Source of the DNA: a virus
DNA length: 64,000 nucleotides
Direction: 5' to 3' (one strand)
Virus record (IMG/VR): IMGVR_UViG_3300028534_000014
Span: 55,272 to 119,271 of that record
Part shown: piece by piece, positions 19,756 to 29,987 of the stretch
How the letters are laid out: every line of letters begins with the position of its first letter
Numbering within the stretch: position 1 is the stretch's first letter
Translations under genes and position numbers: made by a program
The notes under the pieces: model-generated
The model's database searches: none
What the model saw: only the letters and a program-made list of their open reading frames with translations
Told to the model about the DNA's origin: nothing

Positions 19756-21768
19756 TTATACTCTTACTTCTAAACCAAGACGTCTCTCAACTATAGGTTT
19801 ATCATCTATACTAACACTAATTAATTTATTTCTAGTCTTAGCACTTAGCGTATTTAATGGATATACCTTACCTTTAAGTCTATCGTCATTTGCTTTTATG
19901 TTTATATTAGATACAGCGCCATTGCAATCGTATTCTCCCCTTAATATATCGACTATATTATAACTATGCATTACATCAATGCTACCGGTATTTACTGATA
20001 AATAATTACTATTCACACTTCTTAACACTTGTATAGTATAAGGTGTTAATCTATCCACAAGACGTCTCATAGCCTCCATAGCTCTATCTGCTTCATAATT
20101 CGCCATAATAGATATACCTGATACATTTCTAAATATAATATCTATCATATCCACTCTAATAAGCGCGGTATCAATATTATATATATTCAGTAACTCTTTT
20201 ATGCTCTTATTATTAAATAATGGAATAGCACTCTCTTTTAATAATCTGTTATATATAAATACCCAAAAATCAGAGTCAATGCTGTTATAAGTATTATAGC
20301 GATATAGACCAATTAATTCATGTGCCAATATATTCTTCTTTATAAATCTATTAATAGCATCTTTACCAATATTTATATAAAGAGGTTGAAGTAATATATC
20401 TTTTATATAATCTAATCGTTTAGCTATGATATGGTTGGGTATGTTTACTTCAACATTATCAGTATAGGCACTAAGAATATTCTTTACATTGTATGTACTT
20501 ATAATAGTATCCATAGATATATTTAGTTCTTGAAATAGAGATGCTAATAAGATGATTAGCATTTTTTCACCAGTTAGTTTTAGATAGATACCATCTTCTG
20601 TTTGTATATTATATACCATATTTCGATTAAATTTAGATAGTATTAAGATTATTGCATCAAATAGAATATCTTCTCTATTAGACACAATATCAAACCTTTG
20701 GTCAATCGAGCGTATTTCAATATCTTTAGATCTATTCCTGATATTACTATTTCTAAGTATTCTAGAATAATATGTATCAAGATTTGGCATCTTTGTTAAA
20801 TACCCTAGCTGTTCCTTAGTTTTTAATTCAGTGATAGTCTCTAATGTCTTTATAGAGCTACCTCTCATCTTCTTAAAAAGCGTAGAGTTCTCTATAGTTT
20901 GAGTTATATCAGCTGTATATTTGGGCAATCTTTTAATAGAGACAGGTTCTAGTATATATTCATAGATATACATACCATTAGGTTTTACTATATTTTCATG
21001 GATTAAGTCTAAAGTGGACTCTTTTCCTAGATTATATACTATATAATTAATGTTAATGTACAGCCATAAAAGAGACTCTCTACTTAAGATATCGACAAAC
21101 TCTCCGATACCCAAGATGCTATTAAGTGCTTGAATTATGTAATATGAGTGTGTAGCATGAGTGTTAATATTAAACACTCTAGTCTCTAATATCTTCTTAT
21201 AAATAAACTCTTTAGCTTGCATGAATATCGCATATCCATAAAGAGTGTCTGTTGATATATAGTCTGTGGTAAATATCTGCTTGAACCATATGTATAAACC
21301 TTCTTGAATGGTTTGTATCAAGTTCTCTTCATTCCACTCTATGAATGTATCGTCTACATAAAGTATTTCGCATTCATTAGCCTCTACTAATTTATCCATA
21401 TCTATAGGATACATCATGCCATGTATATATAAAGCATCTGATGGGTAATTTTCCATCAGGCTATTATAAAAATCTGTCTGTTGTAATAAGATAGAGCGTA
21501 TGTCTCTATTCTCCTCTAAGAACTCTCTAGTAATTTCTATATCAGAGTTATCTATAGGTGATTTTGTAATAATCTTATTATTATATCTATGTGGTTGACC
21601 ATTCATATTTAGATAATATGGCCATGTTTTTATATCTTCAGGGTCGAATGTATATAATGGGTCAATCTCTTTAAATTGCATATTCATAGATACCGCTACA
21701 AAGTGCGCTTTAATCACTATAGAATTCATTAATTTCAAAGCATCTATTTTATATTTGGAGTTTAACAT
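19756..21768 (-). CDS. Conserved phiKZ-like virion structural protein (gp128-like)
   Basis: DPEDIKTWPYYLNMNG motif. Divergent from the portal gene, as recalled for phiKZ gp128/129. Confidence 0.7.
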   Translation of the reverse strand: MLNSKYKIDALKLMNSIVIKAHFVAVSMNMQFKEIDPLYTFDPEDIKTWPYYLNMNGQPHRYNNKIITKSPIDNSDIEITREFLEENRDIRSILLQQTDFYNSLMENYPSDALYIHGMMYPIDMDKLVEANECEILYVDDTFIEWNEENLIQTIQEGLYIWFKQIFTTDYISTDTLYGYAIFMQAKEFIYKKILETRVFNINTHATHSYYIIQALNSILGIGEFVDILSRESLLWLYININYIVYNLGKESTLDLIHENIVKPNGMYIYEYILEPVSIKRLPKYTADITQTIENSTLFKKMRGSSIKTLETITELKTKEQLGYLTKMPNLDTYYSRILRNSNIRNRSKDIEIRSIDQRFDIVSNREDILFDAIILILSKFNRNMVYNIQTEDGIYLKLTGEKMLIILLASLFQELNISMDTIISTYNVKNILSAYTDNVEVNIPNHIIAKRLDYIKDILLQPLYINIGKDAINRFIKKNILAHELIGLYRYNTYNSIDSDFWVFIYNRLLKESAIPLFNNKSIKELLNIYNIDTALIRVDMIDIIFRNVSGISIMANYEADRAMEAMRRLVDRLTPYTIQVLRSVNSNYLSVNTGSIDVMHSYNIVDILRGEYDCNGAVSNINIKANDDRLKGKVYPLNTLSAKTRNKLISVSIDDKPIVERRLGLEVRV

Positions 21769-21840
21769 TTAGTAATCCTTTAAGTGTAATCAATTAAACT
21801 CGTGTCTGTATTTTATATGATTAACATAAAAAGGATGCAT

Positions 21841-24195
21841 ATGAGACTAGTAAGACATGACTATCGAATAGCGAAGACTTCTAATAAAAAGAAGATTGAC
21901 CCCGAAACAGAACCGAAAAAAATACGATTCGAAGATATAGCAGATAGTAATATAGATGCGTTAATGGACTATAACATAAGAAAGACTAGAGATGTTAATG
22001 ATATTCTAATACTATTCCCAGATATTAATCTAGCTATAGATATGATGGTTTCCTCAATTATATCTCCAAACGATTTCGAAAATGTGACATTCAATGTTTC
22101 TAATATGAGCAATAAAATACCATCTAATATATTAGCTATACTAAATGATATAATGACACAAGAGTTAGCAAACTATTATGATTTAACAGAGAAGTTACCT
22201 CATATGACTTATGAAGCGTTTGCTACTAAAGGAGCATATGTGGAAATAGTAGTTAGCACTACTAGTATGTTTAACTTTTTTAAAGAAAGGCATAATACCA
22301 TAGATAAAAATGGTACCACAATAGAAGCATTATCAGATGTGATAGATAGATATGTAGGACATAGTAGTAATACTAGAGTGGTTAAAGTTAATGATAAGTC
22401 TATAAGCATTAGTAGCGATTTAAACTTATTATGCATAGGTGACGCATATACAGACCTATTGGCTGAGAAGAAAGCACTTGATAAGAAAGGTAAAGTAGGG
22501 TTAGAACTCGATGTTATATCTCAATTGAATAGCTACTTTGAAGCAGAGGCTATTAAAAGAGATAATAAAGGAGTAATTCAACTATCATATAGTACACCAA
22601 CAGACTTGAGACCGCATAATCTAGTATTAGACCCTAATAGCGTTATACCATTATACGCATCCGGCGATAAAAGAGATATCTATGGAGCATTTGTTATTAT
22701 AGATACTGAGACTGGTAAACCCATAGACACGGCTAAGTATCAATATATCCAAGAGGAACAATTAAAGGAGCAGGAAAAGAATGATGTCTTTACCCTTACA
22801 TCTCTCATAGTCGCTGAAGCTGAGAAAGGTCGTAAAAAAGACTTAGAGAAAGCGCCTGAACTAAAAATCTCAGTAGCTGAAAGAGAGCTTGTGAGAAGAA
22901 ACATAGAAGCGATAGCTAGCGAGTTTATAGATCCCAAATTACTAGATAACGATACTGTTAAATTTGTGCAAGCTGTAAGTATGGCTGAAGGGCTATTGAA
23001 GAGCGGTACTAGCATTATTTACATACCGAAAGAACAATTATTCTATTTAGCATTTAATTACAGAGAGAATGGTACAGGTAAACCTATACTAGAAGATATA
23101 TATAGTCTAGCTAGTATGAGAGCGCTATTATTCTATAGTAGAGTAAATGCACAGATAGAAGGTAGTATTACTAAAACAAAGGTTAAGGTCGAGATACCAT
23201 CTCAGGATAACCCTAAGGTAAGGATACCGGAGATAGATAAGTATATCTTAAATAATATTAAGAAAAAGGTACCTTGGGGTATAACTAACCCAAGTCTTAT
23301 ATCTAGCTGGATACAGCGTGCTGGATTAAATGTAGAATATGTACATGACACCCTACCTAAGTATGAAGTAGATGTCATGGAGTCTGGGAGAGAGCTACAC
23401 GAGCCTAACGAGGATTTAGAAAAAACTATTAAAGATAGAATAACAGCTCGTATAGGTATGACTCCTGAAGTAGTTGAGAACGGTATGGCTGATGCTAACT
23501 TTGCGGCAGGGATTATTGCCGAAAAAGGCATGTTGGCTAAAAGAGTCTATATGAAACAATTAGTATTAAATAGAGGATTAAATCAATATGCTCGGATTAT
23601 TGGTCTAAATGACGGTGTTGTCTACAATAGACTAATCAGCGCTATTGAGAGTAACTATGATGAAATTATAAACTCTTTTTCAGATGAATTTAAAGATAAA
23701 CTCAAAAACATTAAAGTAGATAAAGATGGAATGGCTAAATATCTAGTAAATGACTACTTTAATTATATAGATATCACTCTCCCTAAACCTAATGTAAATG
23801 ATGAAGAAGTTAAGACTGATCATTTCAATAATTTTAAAGACAATTTATCAGATGTAGTTGATTTCTTTTTCGATGATGCTGGTATTAGTGATTTATTAGG
23901 AGATAAGAGTGACGATATTAAGAAAGGTCTTTTATATACTAAGATGTCAGAATATCTCAATACTAAAGGTTATTTCAATGATATTACAGAAATAGTTAAC
24001 ATTGTTAAAGGTAACGATGTTAAAATAAATACATTAGACGTGATCTCGAACTTAAAAAAGAAATTCGAAGAAGCAATAAAAGAACATACCGAACACAGTG
24101 ATGCAGAAGAAGAGAATACAGCACCTAAGACTTCTACTAAGAAAAATGATGGAGTAGAAAGTAATAATAATAATGATAATAATGATAACTGGTAG
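21841..24195 (+). CDS. Portal protein (phiKZ gp129-like)
   Basis: DILILFPDINLAIDMMVSSIISP and NGTGKPILEDI..LASMRALL. Start placed after the AAGGA RBS (ORF track uses GTG 21802). Asn-rich tail. Confidence 0.75.
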   Translation: MRLVRHDYRIAKTSNKKKIDPETEPKKIRFEDIADSNIDALMDYNIRKTRDVNDILILFPDINLAIDMMVSSIISPNDFENVTFNVSNMSNKIPSNILAILNDIMTQELANYYDLTEKLPHMTYEAFATKGAYVEIVVSTTSMFNFFKERHNTIDKNGTTIEALSDVIDRYVGHSSNTRVVKVNDKSISISSDLNLLCIGDAYTDLLAEKKALDKKGKVGLELDVISQLNSYFEAEAIKRDNKGVIQLSYSTPTDLRPHNLVLDPNSVIPLYASGDKRDIYGAFVIIDTETGKPIDTAKYQYIQEEQLKEQEKNDVFTLTSLIVAEAEKGRKKDLEKAPELKISVAERELVRRNIEAIASEFIDPKLLDNDTVKFVQAVSMAEGLLKSGTSIIYIPKEQLFYLAFNYRENGTGKPILEDIYSLASMRALLFYSRVNAQIEGSITKTKVKVEIPSQDNPKVRIPEIDKYILNNIKKKVPWGITNPSLISSWIQRAGLNVEYVHDTLPKYEVDVMESGRELHEPNEDLEKTIKDRITARIGMTPEVVENGMADANFAAGIIAEKGMLAKRVYMKQLVLNRGLNQYARIIGLNDGVVYNRLISAIESNYDEIINSFSDEFKDKLKNIKVDKDGMAKYLVNDYFNYIDITLPKPNVNDEEVKTDHFNNFKDNLSDVVDFFFDDAGISDLLGDKSDDIKKGLLYTKMSEYLNTKGYFNDITEIVNIVKGNDVKINTLDVISNLKKKFEEAIKEHTEHSDAEEENTAPKTSTKKNDGVESNNNNDNNDNW

Positions 24196-24220
24196 TATAG
24201 AGGTTTAAACCTCTATACTA
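24193..24220. terminator. Perfect 28-bp palindrome between convergent portal and sbcC
   Basis: TAGTATAGAGGTTTAAACCTCTATACTA. It begins at each gene's TAG. Confidence 0.7.
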
Positions 24221-26533
24221 TGTATATTGTATATATTCATTTTCTTTATTCAGATTTATAATACCTATACTACTATCCTTTAATCTAGTAGCATATTCTA
24301 AATGAGATATCATAAAGACTTGTCTATTATATCTCTCGGCTAGACGTTGCACAAATGATAATGCTTTTTTGGCATGTCTAACATCGAATGTTTTACCAAA
24401 TTCATCTAAGTATAATGGAAAGCTATTTAGATTTTTCAATTCTGTGTATACTATAAGGAATGCCAAATCAATTACCTCTTTCATACCAGCGCTACCTAGT
24501 GTTATATCAGGTATGATATCCTCCTGATTAATTCTTATATATAATCTATAACTTATATTCTCCTCATCATCAGGAACCAATATCTCCATAGGATACTCCC
24601 ATATATCAGATATAATCTTAGTCATCTCTTGAGCAATATAGGACATAAATCCTTTAATAGAGTCTCCTATTAAACCAGTCTTAGGTCCTAGTGCTATTAT
24701 CATCTCTTTAACTAGCTCTAACTCCTGTTCCATAACTTCTATCTCTTTAGTATACTCGGCTTTAAGTCTATTAGCAGATTGAATGGAGTTAACCTCCTTC
24801 TCTAGCTCTGAAATACGACCATCTATAACCGTTAATGCATACCTGTAATATTCACTTATCTTCTTACTTATTTTAAGGCCTCTAAATGCCTTATATTTAG
24901 CGATTAAGGACCTTACCTTATGTCTAGCATTAACTAGCTCTTCGAACGCTAATTTCGCCTTTTTTAATCTATCTAGTTTCTTAGATAACTCTTCGCGTAA
25001 TTGTACCTTACTCTTAAGAGAGTTCTCTAACTCTTTTATAGTCATAGTATTAGATAGAGTTGATAGTAATAGTTGCATCTTTTTAAGTTCTGATAGCTTC
25101 TTACTTAGTTTATCCACTTCATATGCCTCTTTGAGTTTATTATATACCTCAATAAGCTTTGTCTCATATGAAGAGATATTGGCATCTATTGTGATAGGTT
25201 CTAATAGACCGACTTCTATTAATGGTGTTATTAATGAGTTTATAGTATTAATAATAGCAGTGACAGATTTATATCTATTATACTCCTCTATAACGGCATC
25301 AACCTTAGGTTTCACTTCAGCTATTCTGATATTCACACTACTTAACTCTCTTACTTTCTCGTCTATCTCTTTTCCATACTTATCTATTATATTAATTGTA
25401 TTACAACTACTACATGTAAACTTACTTATCTCATTACTATCTTTAAGTAATTTAATAGTACTATTAAGATACTGTTCAGTGTCTAATAGTTTTTTATACT
25501 CCTCGTTAAGTTTGGATACTTCTATCTCATTATTGACTACTCGCCCGGCTCTTAATATCTCATCAGCTTTTGTTAAGTTACTTCTAAGCGTTTGTTCGAT
25601 ATTAATATAATAGTTATATAATGATAATAATTCTGTATTAATCTGAGCGCCGTATTCGTTTAATTTGCACTCTATATTACTCACTTGCTGATTTATATCA
25701 TCTATATTATCAGGGATATCTATATTAGCTATTTTAGATAGTTTTTCTCTAAGAGATATTATTTCTCTATCTAAGATTGCTACCTCCTTATCTATCATAT
25801 CTATCTCACTCGTATCTAAATAGTCAATCTTATTTGTGATAGCTCTTAGAGTTCGTATAGCATTCATTAATTCTCTAGTGGGATCATCTACATTAACCTG
25901 TTTAAGATTACTATAGATAAGCTCTCGCAACTCTTTTGCTTCTGTTATCTCTCCGTTTATCTCTTTTATTCTGGTATCATCGTTATGAGACTCTAAGTCC
26001 ACCACCTTTCTCTTCAAAAGAGCTAACGCTCCATTAAGATTATTCCTTTTCTTTTGCAACTTTTTAAGAGTAGTATAAGCATAATCATATGATACCTTAG
26101 AGATAGATGTTATCCATTCTCTTCTCTCATTGAGAGATATAGATGTCACTGTCTTATATCCTAGCAAGATATCGTATATATTAGAAGTAATGCCTAACTC
26201 ATTTTCTAGAAGCAGAGTATATAGTTTTCTAGTGTAACCTTGATTAAGCTCTTCACCATTTTTAATAAAAGAGTGTCTACCACTACCATATTTATTAGTA
26301 GATAATATATACTCGTTATTATTATTCCATATGACTATTTCACTATATCCATTTTTATTATATTCATTCTTATCCTTAGGTAAAGGCGATGTATAGTGTA
26401 GAAGAGACGATTTACCAATCCCATTAGGACCAATAATAAGGTTGAAATGCGGATGCGGTTTAAATGTCACTTTTTCATAAGATTTTAATCTAAATCTTTT
26501 ACTATTACATATTATACATTGTTTGATTATCAT
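24218..26533 (-). CDS. sbcC: SbcC/Rad50-like SMC ATPase (phiKZ gp165-like)
   Basis: Walker A GPNGIGKS, long coiled coil, central CSSC Zn-hook-like motif, signature GSAGMKE, Walker B LYLDEF, H-loop ISH. Confidence 0.9.
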   Translation of the reverse strand: MIIKQCIICNSKRFRLKSYEKVTFKPHPHFNLIIGPNGIGKSSLLHYTSPLPKDKNEYNKNGYSEIVIWNNNNEYILSTNKYGSGRHSFIKNGEELNQGYTRKLYTLLLENELGITSNIYDILLGYKTVTSISLNERREWITSISKVSYDYAYTTLKKLQKKRNNLNGALALLKRKVVDLESHNDDTRIKEINGEITEAKELRELIYSNLKQVNVDDPTRELMNAIRTLRAITNKIDYLDTSEIDMIDKEVAILDREIISLREKLSKIANIDIPDNIDDINQQVSNIECKLNEYGAQINTELLSLYNYYINIEQTLRSNLTKADEILRAGRVVNNEIEVSKLNEEYKKLLDTEQYLNSTIKLLKDSNEISKFTCSSCNTINIIDKYGKEIDEKVRELSSVNIRIAEVKPKVDAVIEEYNRYKSVTAIINTINSLITPLIEVGLLEPITIDANISSYETKLIEVYNKLKEAYEVDKLSKKLSELKKMQLLLSTLSNTMTIKELENSLKSKVQLREELSKKLDRLKKAKLAFEELVNARHKVRSLIAKYKAFRGLKISKKISEYYRYALTVIDGRISELEKEVNSIQSANRLKAEYTKEIEVMEQELELVKEMIIALGPKTGLIGDSIKGFMSYIAQEMTKIISDIWEYPMEILVPDDEENISYRLYIRINQEDIIPDITLGSAGMKEVIDLAFLIVYTELKNLNSFPLYLDEFGKTFDVRHAKKALSFVQRLAERYNRQVFMISHLEYATRLKDSSIGIINLNKENEYIQYT

Positions 26534-26622
26534 AATTATCCCTTCTTATTTCATCTACTTAAATAGTGCCTATGTTTAAATTGTAGATAGCGATTGTATG
26601 AACTGATATAAAGGATTTATAT

Positions 26623-27477
26623 ATGAGAACAGAATTACGATCAGGTTTTAGGGTCGCGGGTATTGGTGTAGTAGTAGAACATCTGAAACCTACTTCTTTA
26701 TACGCCAAAATTCATCTATTAGAACATATGGGATCGCACACAGTAACATTTGAGGATAAAGAAACTAATACAAAGAGTGCCACGAAGCATAACTTTAGTA
26801 ATCCATTAGGGGGGATAGTTACACCAGATGTAAAGTTCGATACAGTTATAGAAGCCAGATGGTTGCATAGTAATGGTAACAGAATATCTCCACCGACGCT
26901 GTATAGAGGTGAGACGGTTAAGGTATACCAATATGCTGATAGCGACCAATACTTTTGGGAGCCTATGTATTATGAACCAGATATCAGAGGAAAAGAGGTT
27001 GGAGTATTTGCTTATAGTAACTTAGAGAAAAGAAAGAAAGGTGAAAGAGAGAAGAACTTTCTTAAGATGATGGATAAAGATAGTAGCTATTGGTATAAGA
27101 TAGATACTATTAATAAGAAGGTCCATTTACATACAAGTAATAATGACAAAGAACCTGCTACTTGGGATATTGGTATAGATACTAAGAAAGGTATCTTTAG
27201 ATTAGAAAATAGCAAGAATAACTATTTCGAGATGAGTTTAGACCATATCTTTATGAAGACTACGCACTTTAAAGTTATAGCTAATGATGGTACATGGCTC
27301 TTAAAGAAAAAAGGATTATTCAATACCCCTGATTTAACTATTAAAGGAGGCGTGTTAAATATACTATCTAAAACTATACATAAAGCTATGACAATATTTA
27401 AGGCTGCTACTAATTTTAAAGCTAGCGTTAAGATTAATAAGAATACTAAAACAACAGATGGATCAAGTGTACTATAG
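26623..27477 (+). CDS. Baseplate central spike/tail tip (phiKZ gp164-like)
   Basis: OB-fold-like N-terminus (IEARWL..NRISPP.LYRGETV.VYQYAD.D.YFW) and beta-helix-like C-terminus. Divergent from sbcC. Confidence 0.72.
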   Translation: MRTELRSGFRVAGIGVVVEHLKPTSLYAKIHLLEHMGSHTVTFEDKETNTKSATKHNFSNPLGGIVTPDVKFDTVIEARWLHSNGNRISPPTLYRGETVKVYQYADSDQYFWEPMYYEPDIRGKEVGVFAYSNLEKRKKGEREKNFLKMMDKDSSYWYKIDTINKKVHLHTSNNDKEPATWDIGIDTKKGIFRLENSKNNYFEMSLDHIFMKTTHFKVIANDGTWLLKKKGLFNTPDLTIKGGVLNILSKTIHKAMTIFKAATNFKASVKINKNTKTTDGSSVL

Positions 27478-27497
27478 ACTCATATGAGTCTATAGTA
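27470..27497 (+). terminator. Perfect 28-bp palindrome, CATATG core
   Basis: TACTATAGACTCATATGAGTCTATAGTA over the spike TAG. Confidence 0.65.
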
Positions 27498-27525
27498 TTA
27501 TATATTTGGTTCTTTTTTTATTAAC

Positions 27526-27551
27526 ATATCATTATTACAGTCTATAAGACT
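27526..27551 (+). promoter_or_regulatory. Putative phage promoter motif
   Basis: ATATCATTATTACAGTC-TATAAGACT upstream of SLT. Confidence 0.55.
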
Positions 27552-27573
27552 AATATACATTTAAGGAGATAAA

Positions 27574-28296
27574 ATGAAAGTTCTTTTATTATTAGTGGCT
27601 ATAACACTAACCGTTATAGGAGTAGAACCCCAAAAGCTATTTGCGAAACTGCATAATGATAAACCTACGCCATCTACATCTGTCCCGGAAGATAGAACCG
27701 GACGCCATGATATGGTGTACGGGAGAGCGAAAGAAATAGCCATATTTCAGATGTATTATCTGAAGGCTAAGAAGGAGGCTGTACTCTTACATAAAGCTAA
27801 AATAGAGAGGCTATTATATAAAGGTATAACAGTTAAAGCACGTAAAGACATACCTGCTTTAACTAATGCTATATTGAAATACAGCAATATGTATAAAGTC
27901 GATGCTAGCGTCATTGCCGCTATAGTCATTAAAGAGAGTAGCGGTAGATCGTGGATTAAACACAAGCCTGTAACTGTGGCAGTGCCTTTAGCTCCTAATT
28001 GGACTAAAGTGGGATGCCAGAAAGTGCAAGCTATTGGGGCTATGGGTGTAATATGGGAAATCTGGAAGTACGACCTAAAGAAAATAGGTCTTACTAAGAA
28101 GGACCTATTCACCATTGATGGTAATATAAAAGCGGGGACATATATCTATAAGAAATATATGGATAAACCTAAAATAAAAGGTGCGCCTAGTAAAAGAGCC
28201 AGTGCGCTTTCTCGCTTTTATGGCATAGTAAGAGACAAGTCCGGGAAATTGAACTTAACTTACTACAAGCAAGTTCAAAACATAATAGATGGTTAG
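27574..28296 (+). CDS. SLT-family lytic transglycosylase with N-terminal signal/anchor
   Basis: MKVLLLLVAITLTVIG hydrophobic N-terminus. IAAIVIKESS (catalytic Glu), AIGAMGV, NIKAGTYIY. Confidence 0.82.
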   Translation: MKVLLLLVAITLTVIGVEPQKLFAKLHNDKPTPSTSVPEDRTGRHDMVYGRAKEIAIFQMYYLKAKKEAVLLHKAKIERLLYKGITVKARKDIPALTNAILKYSNMYKVDASVIAAIVIKESSGRSWIKHKPVTVAVPLAPNWTKVGCQKVQAIGAMGVIWEIWKYDLKKIGLTKKDLFTIDGNIKAGTYIYKKYMDKPKIKGAPSKRASALSRFYGIVRDKSGKLNLTYYKQVQNIIDG

Positions 28297-28313
28297 GTCC
28301 ATGCCTAACTATC
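28288..28313 (+). terminator. 10-bp hairpin with a G-U pair
   Basis: GATGGTTAGG-TCCATG-CCTAACTATC over the SLT TAG. Confidence 0.6.
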
Positions 28314-28337
28314 GTTATTCGATTTTTTTTTATTAAT

Positions 28338-28362
28338 ATATTATTAAGATAGTCATAAGACT
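28338..28362 (+). promoter_or_regulatory. Putative phage promoter motif
   Basis: ATATTATTAAGATAGTC-ATAAGACT upstream of HU. Confidence 0.6.
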
Positions 28363-28393
28363 AAATATTAAATTTAACAAAGGAGAAACTTAA

Positions 28394-28675
28394 ATGAAGA
28401 AAAGACAACTAGCACAAGAAGTTGCAGAAAGAACAGGGATAGATAGCAAAGAGGTAGAAATCATTATTGATAATATGTTATCAATAACGATGGAGGCACT
28501 AAAAGCTGGAGAGGGTATCGGATTTAAGGGGTTTGGCTCTATCAAACCGGTGGTAAAGAAAGAAAGGGAAATCTTTATACCTGGTACGGGTAAGAAGATA
28601 AAGGTTGAGTCTAAGGTGAGTATACAGTTTCGACCTAGTAAAACACTCAAGGACTACGTAAATACAAAGAATTAA
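28394..28675 (+). CDS. hup: HU/IHF-family DNA-binding protein
   Basis: MKKRQLAQEVAERTG...GFGS....ER...PGTGKKI.V.....FRPSKTLKD.VN. Confidence 0.92.
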   Translation: MKKRQLAQEVAERTGIDSKEVEIIIDNMLSITMEALKAGEGIGFKGFGSIKPVVKKEREIFIPGTGKKIKVESKVSIQFRPSKTLKDYVNTKN

Positions 28676-28685
28676 TTCTTTGTAT
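28662..28685 (+). terminator. Perfect 24-bp palindrome at the HU stop
   Basis: ATACAAAGAATTAATTCTTTGTAT followed by a T-rich tract. Confidence 0.62.
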
Positions 28686-28758
28686 GTATTCTTTCTTTTT
28701 TACCTCTTCGTAACAAAAACCTAATCCTATCTAGTTGATTAGAATAAAGGAGAATGAA

Positions 28759-29433
28759 ATGATAATGCATAAGAAAGGTAATATATTTGATACTGAATGC
28801 CAAACTATAGTTAATACAGTAAATACAGATGGAGTTATGGGAGCTGGTATTGCTTTAGAATTTAAAATAAGATTTCCAGATATGTTTGAAGAGTATCTAG
28901 AGCTATGTAAACAGGAAATAATAAAGATAGGATATATGCAACTATATACTATACCTATCAATCCTATAGGTAAATATGAAAAGATACTAAATTTCCCAAC
29001 TAAGACTACTTGGAGACTTCCGTCTAAACACTCTTATCTAGAAATCGGTTTAAAGGCTCTTAGCAAGCAATATAAGGCACTTAGAATAACTTCTATAGCG
29101 TTTCCCTTACTAGGAGCTAATAATGGTAAAATTGGCTCTGAGGACTCTATTCGCATAATGGAAGAACATTTAATAGACTTTGATATACCTATAGAGATTT
29201 GGACATTAGATCCAAAGGCTAAAGATAAGGTTTTTGAAGCATTTAGAAATCGCATGCTTAGTTTAGATAATAACGTTTTAAAAGATATGTTAAAACTATC
29301 CGATAAAGTTATTAATACTCTGAAAGTTCATCTTCATAGAGACGATGTTAATAGTTTTAGCATCTTATCGAGAATAAAAGGTTTAAATAATAAAATAATA
29401 ACACAAGCATATTATAATCTAGACAGTCTCTAA
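28759..29433 (+). CDS. DarG-like macrodomain ADP-ribosylhydrolase with a possible C-terminal HhH segment
   Basis: KGNIF...IVNTVNTDGVMGAGIALEFK.RFP, NFPTKTTWRLPS, SIAFPLLGANNG. C-terminal LSRIKGLNNK. AAGGAG RBS 6 nt upstream of ATG 28759. Confidence 0.85.
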   Translation: MIMHKKGNIFDTECQTIVNTVNTDGVMGAGIALEFKIRFPDMFEEYLELCKQEIIKIGYMQLYTIPINPIGKYEKILNFPTKTTWRLPSKHSYLEIGLKALSKQYKALRITSIAFPLLGANNGKIGSEDSIRIMEEHLIDFDIPIEIWTLDPKAKDKVFEAFRNRMLSLDNNVLKDMLKLSDKVINTLKVHLHRDDVNSFSILSRIKGLNNKIITQAYYNLDSL

Positions 29434-29444
29434 AGACTGTCTAG
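29419..29444. terminator. 11-bp hairpin whose 4-nt loop holds both convergent stop codons
   Basis: CTAGACAGTCT-CTAA-AGACTGTCTAG. TAA on + (29431-33) and TAG on - (29430-32). Confidence 0.68.
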
Positions 29445-29987
29445 TATTAATAATGGGTTTTGTAGTATTGTGTTATATAAATAATAAGCCACTCCAGTAG
29501 CATCTATCTCATGATCAGTAATATCATTAGGGCTAATATATTTAGTAATCTCTTTACTAGATAGTATTGCCTCTAGTACAGGTTCTTTACCTGTTCCACC
29601 TTTAGCGCCTAATGCATTCTTTACCTCACCTGGCGATGGTCTAGCTATTAACATATACGGGTTATACATATAAAGGTTATTCTCTAAGACCTGTAATGCT
29701 CTGGCTAATGGTATAACTGCCGTAGGTCTAAACCTCATATTTATAAAAGGCTGTTCAATAGCCACTGCCATAGGTCTATATTTTCTTAATATCTCCTCTA
29801 TCCTATCTTGTAATACTCTCATCTTATATATAAGTGCATTATTATGTTCATTCGGTATAGCATACTCTTTGATGAAGATATGTTCTGTTACTATATTAAC
29901 TATCTTTAACGAGTATTCATCTATAGTTAAAATAGATACCCCTATATGAGTCGTGCTAGGGTCTATTCCTATTATATTAAATGTCAT
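29430..29987 (-). CDS. ruvC: RuvC-like Holliday junction resolvase
   Basis: IIGIDPS, VAIEQPF, EVK....KG...K, DHEIDA acidic tetrad. Confidence 0.88.
   Translation of the reverse strand: MTFNIIGIDPSTTHIGVSILTIDEYSLKIVNIVTEHIFIKEYAIPNEHNNALIYKMRVLQDRIEEILRKYRPMAVAIEQPFINMRFRPTAVIPLARALQVLENNLYMYNPYMLIARPSPGEVKNALGAKGGTGKEPVLEAILSSKEITKYISPNDITDHEIDATGVAYYLYNTILQNPLLILDSL

Noticed and set aside
24162-24190. AAT/GAT triplet repeat
   Set aside because: It simply encodes the Asn-rich disordered tail of the portal; no evidence of phase variation.
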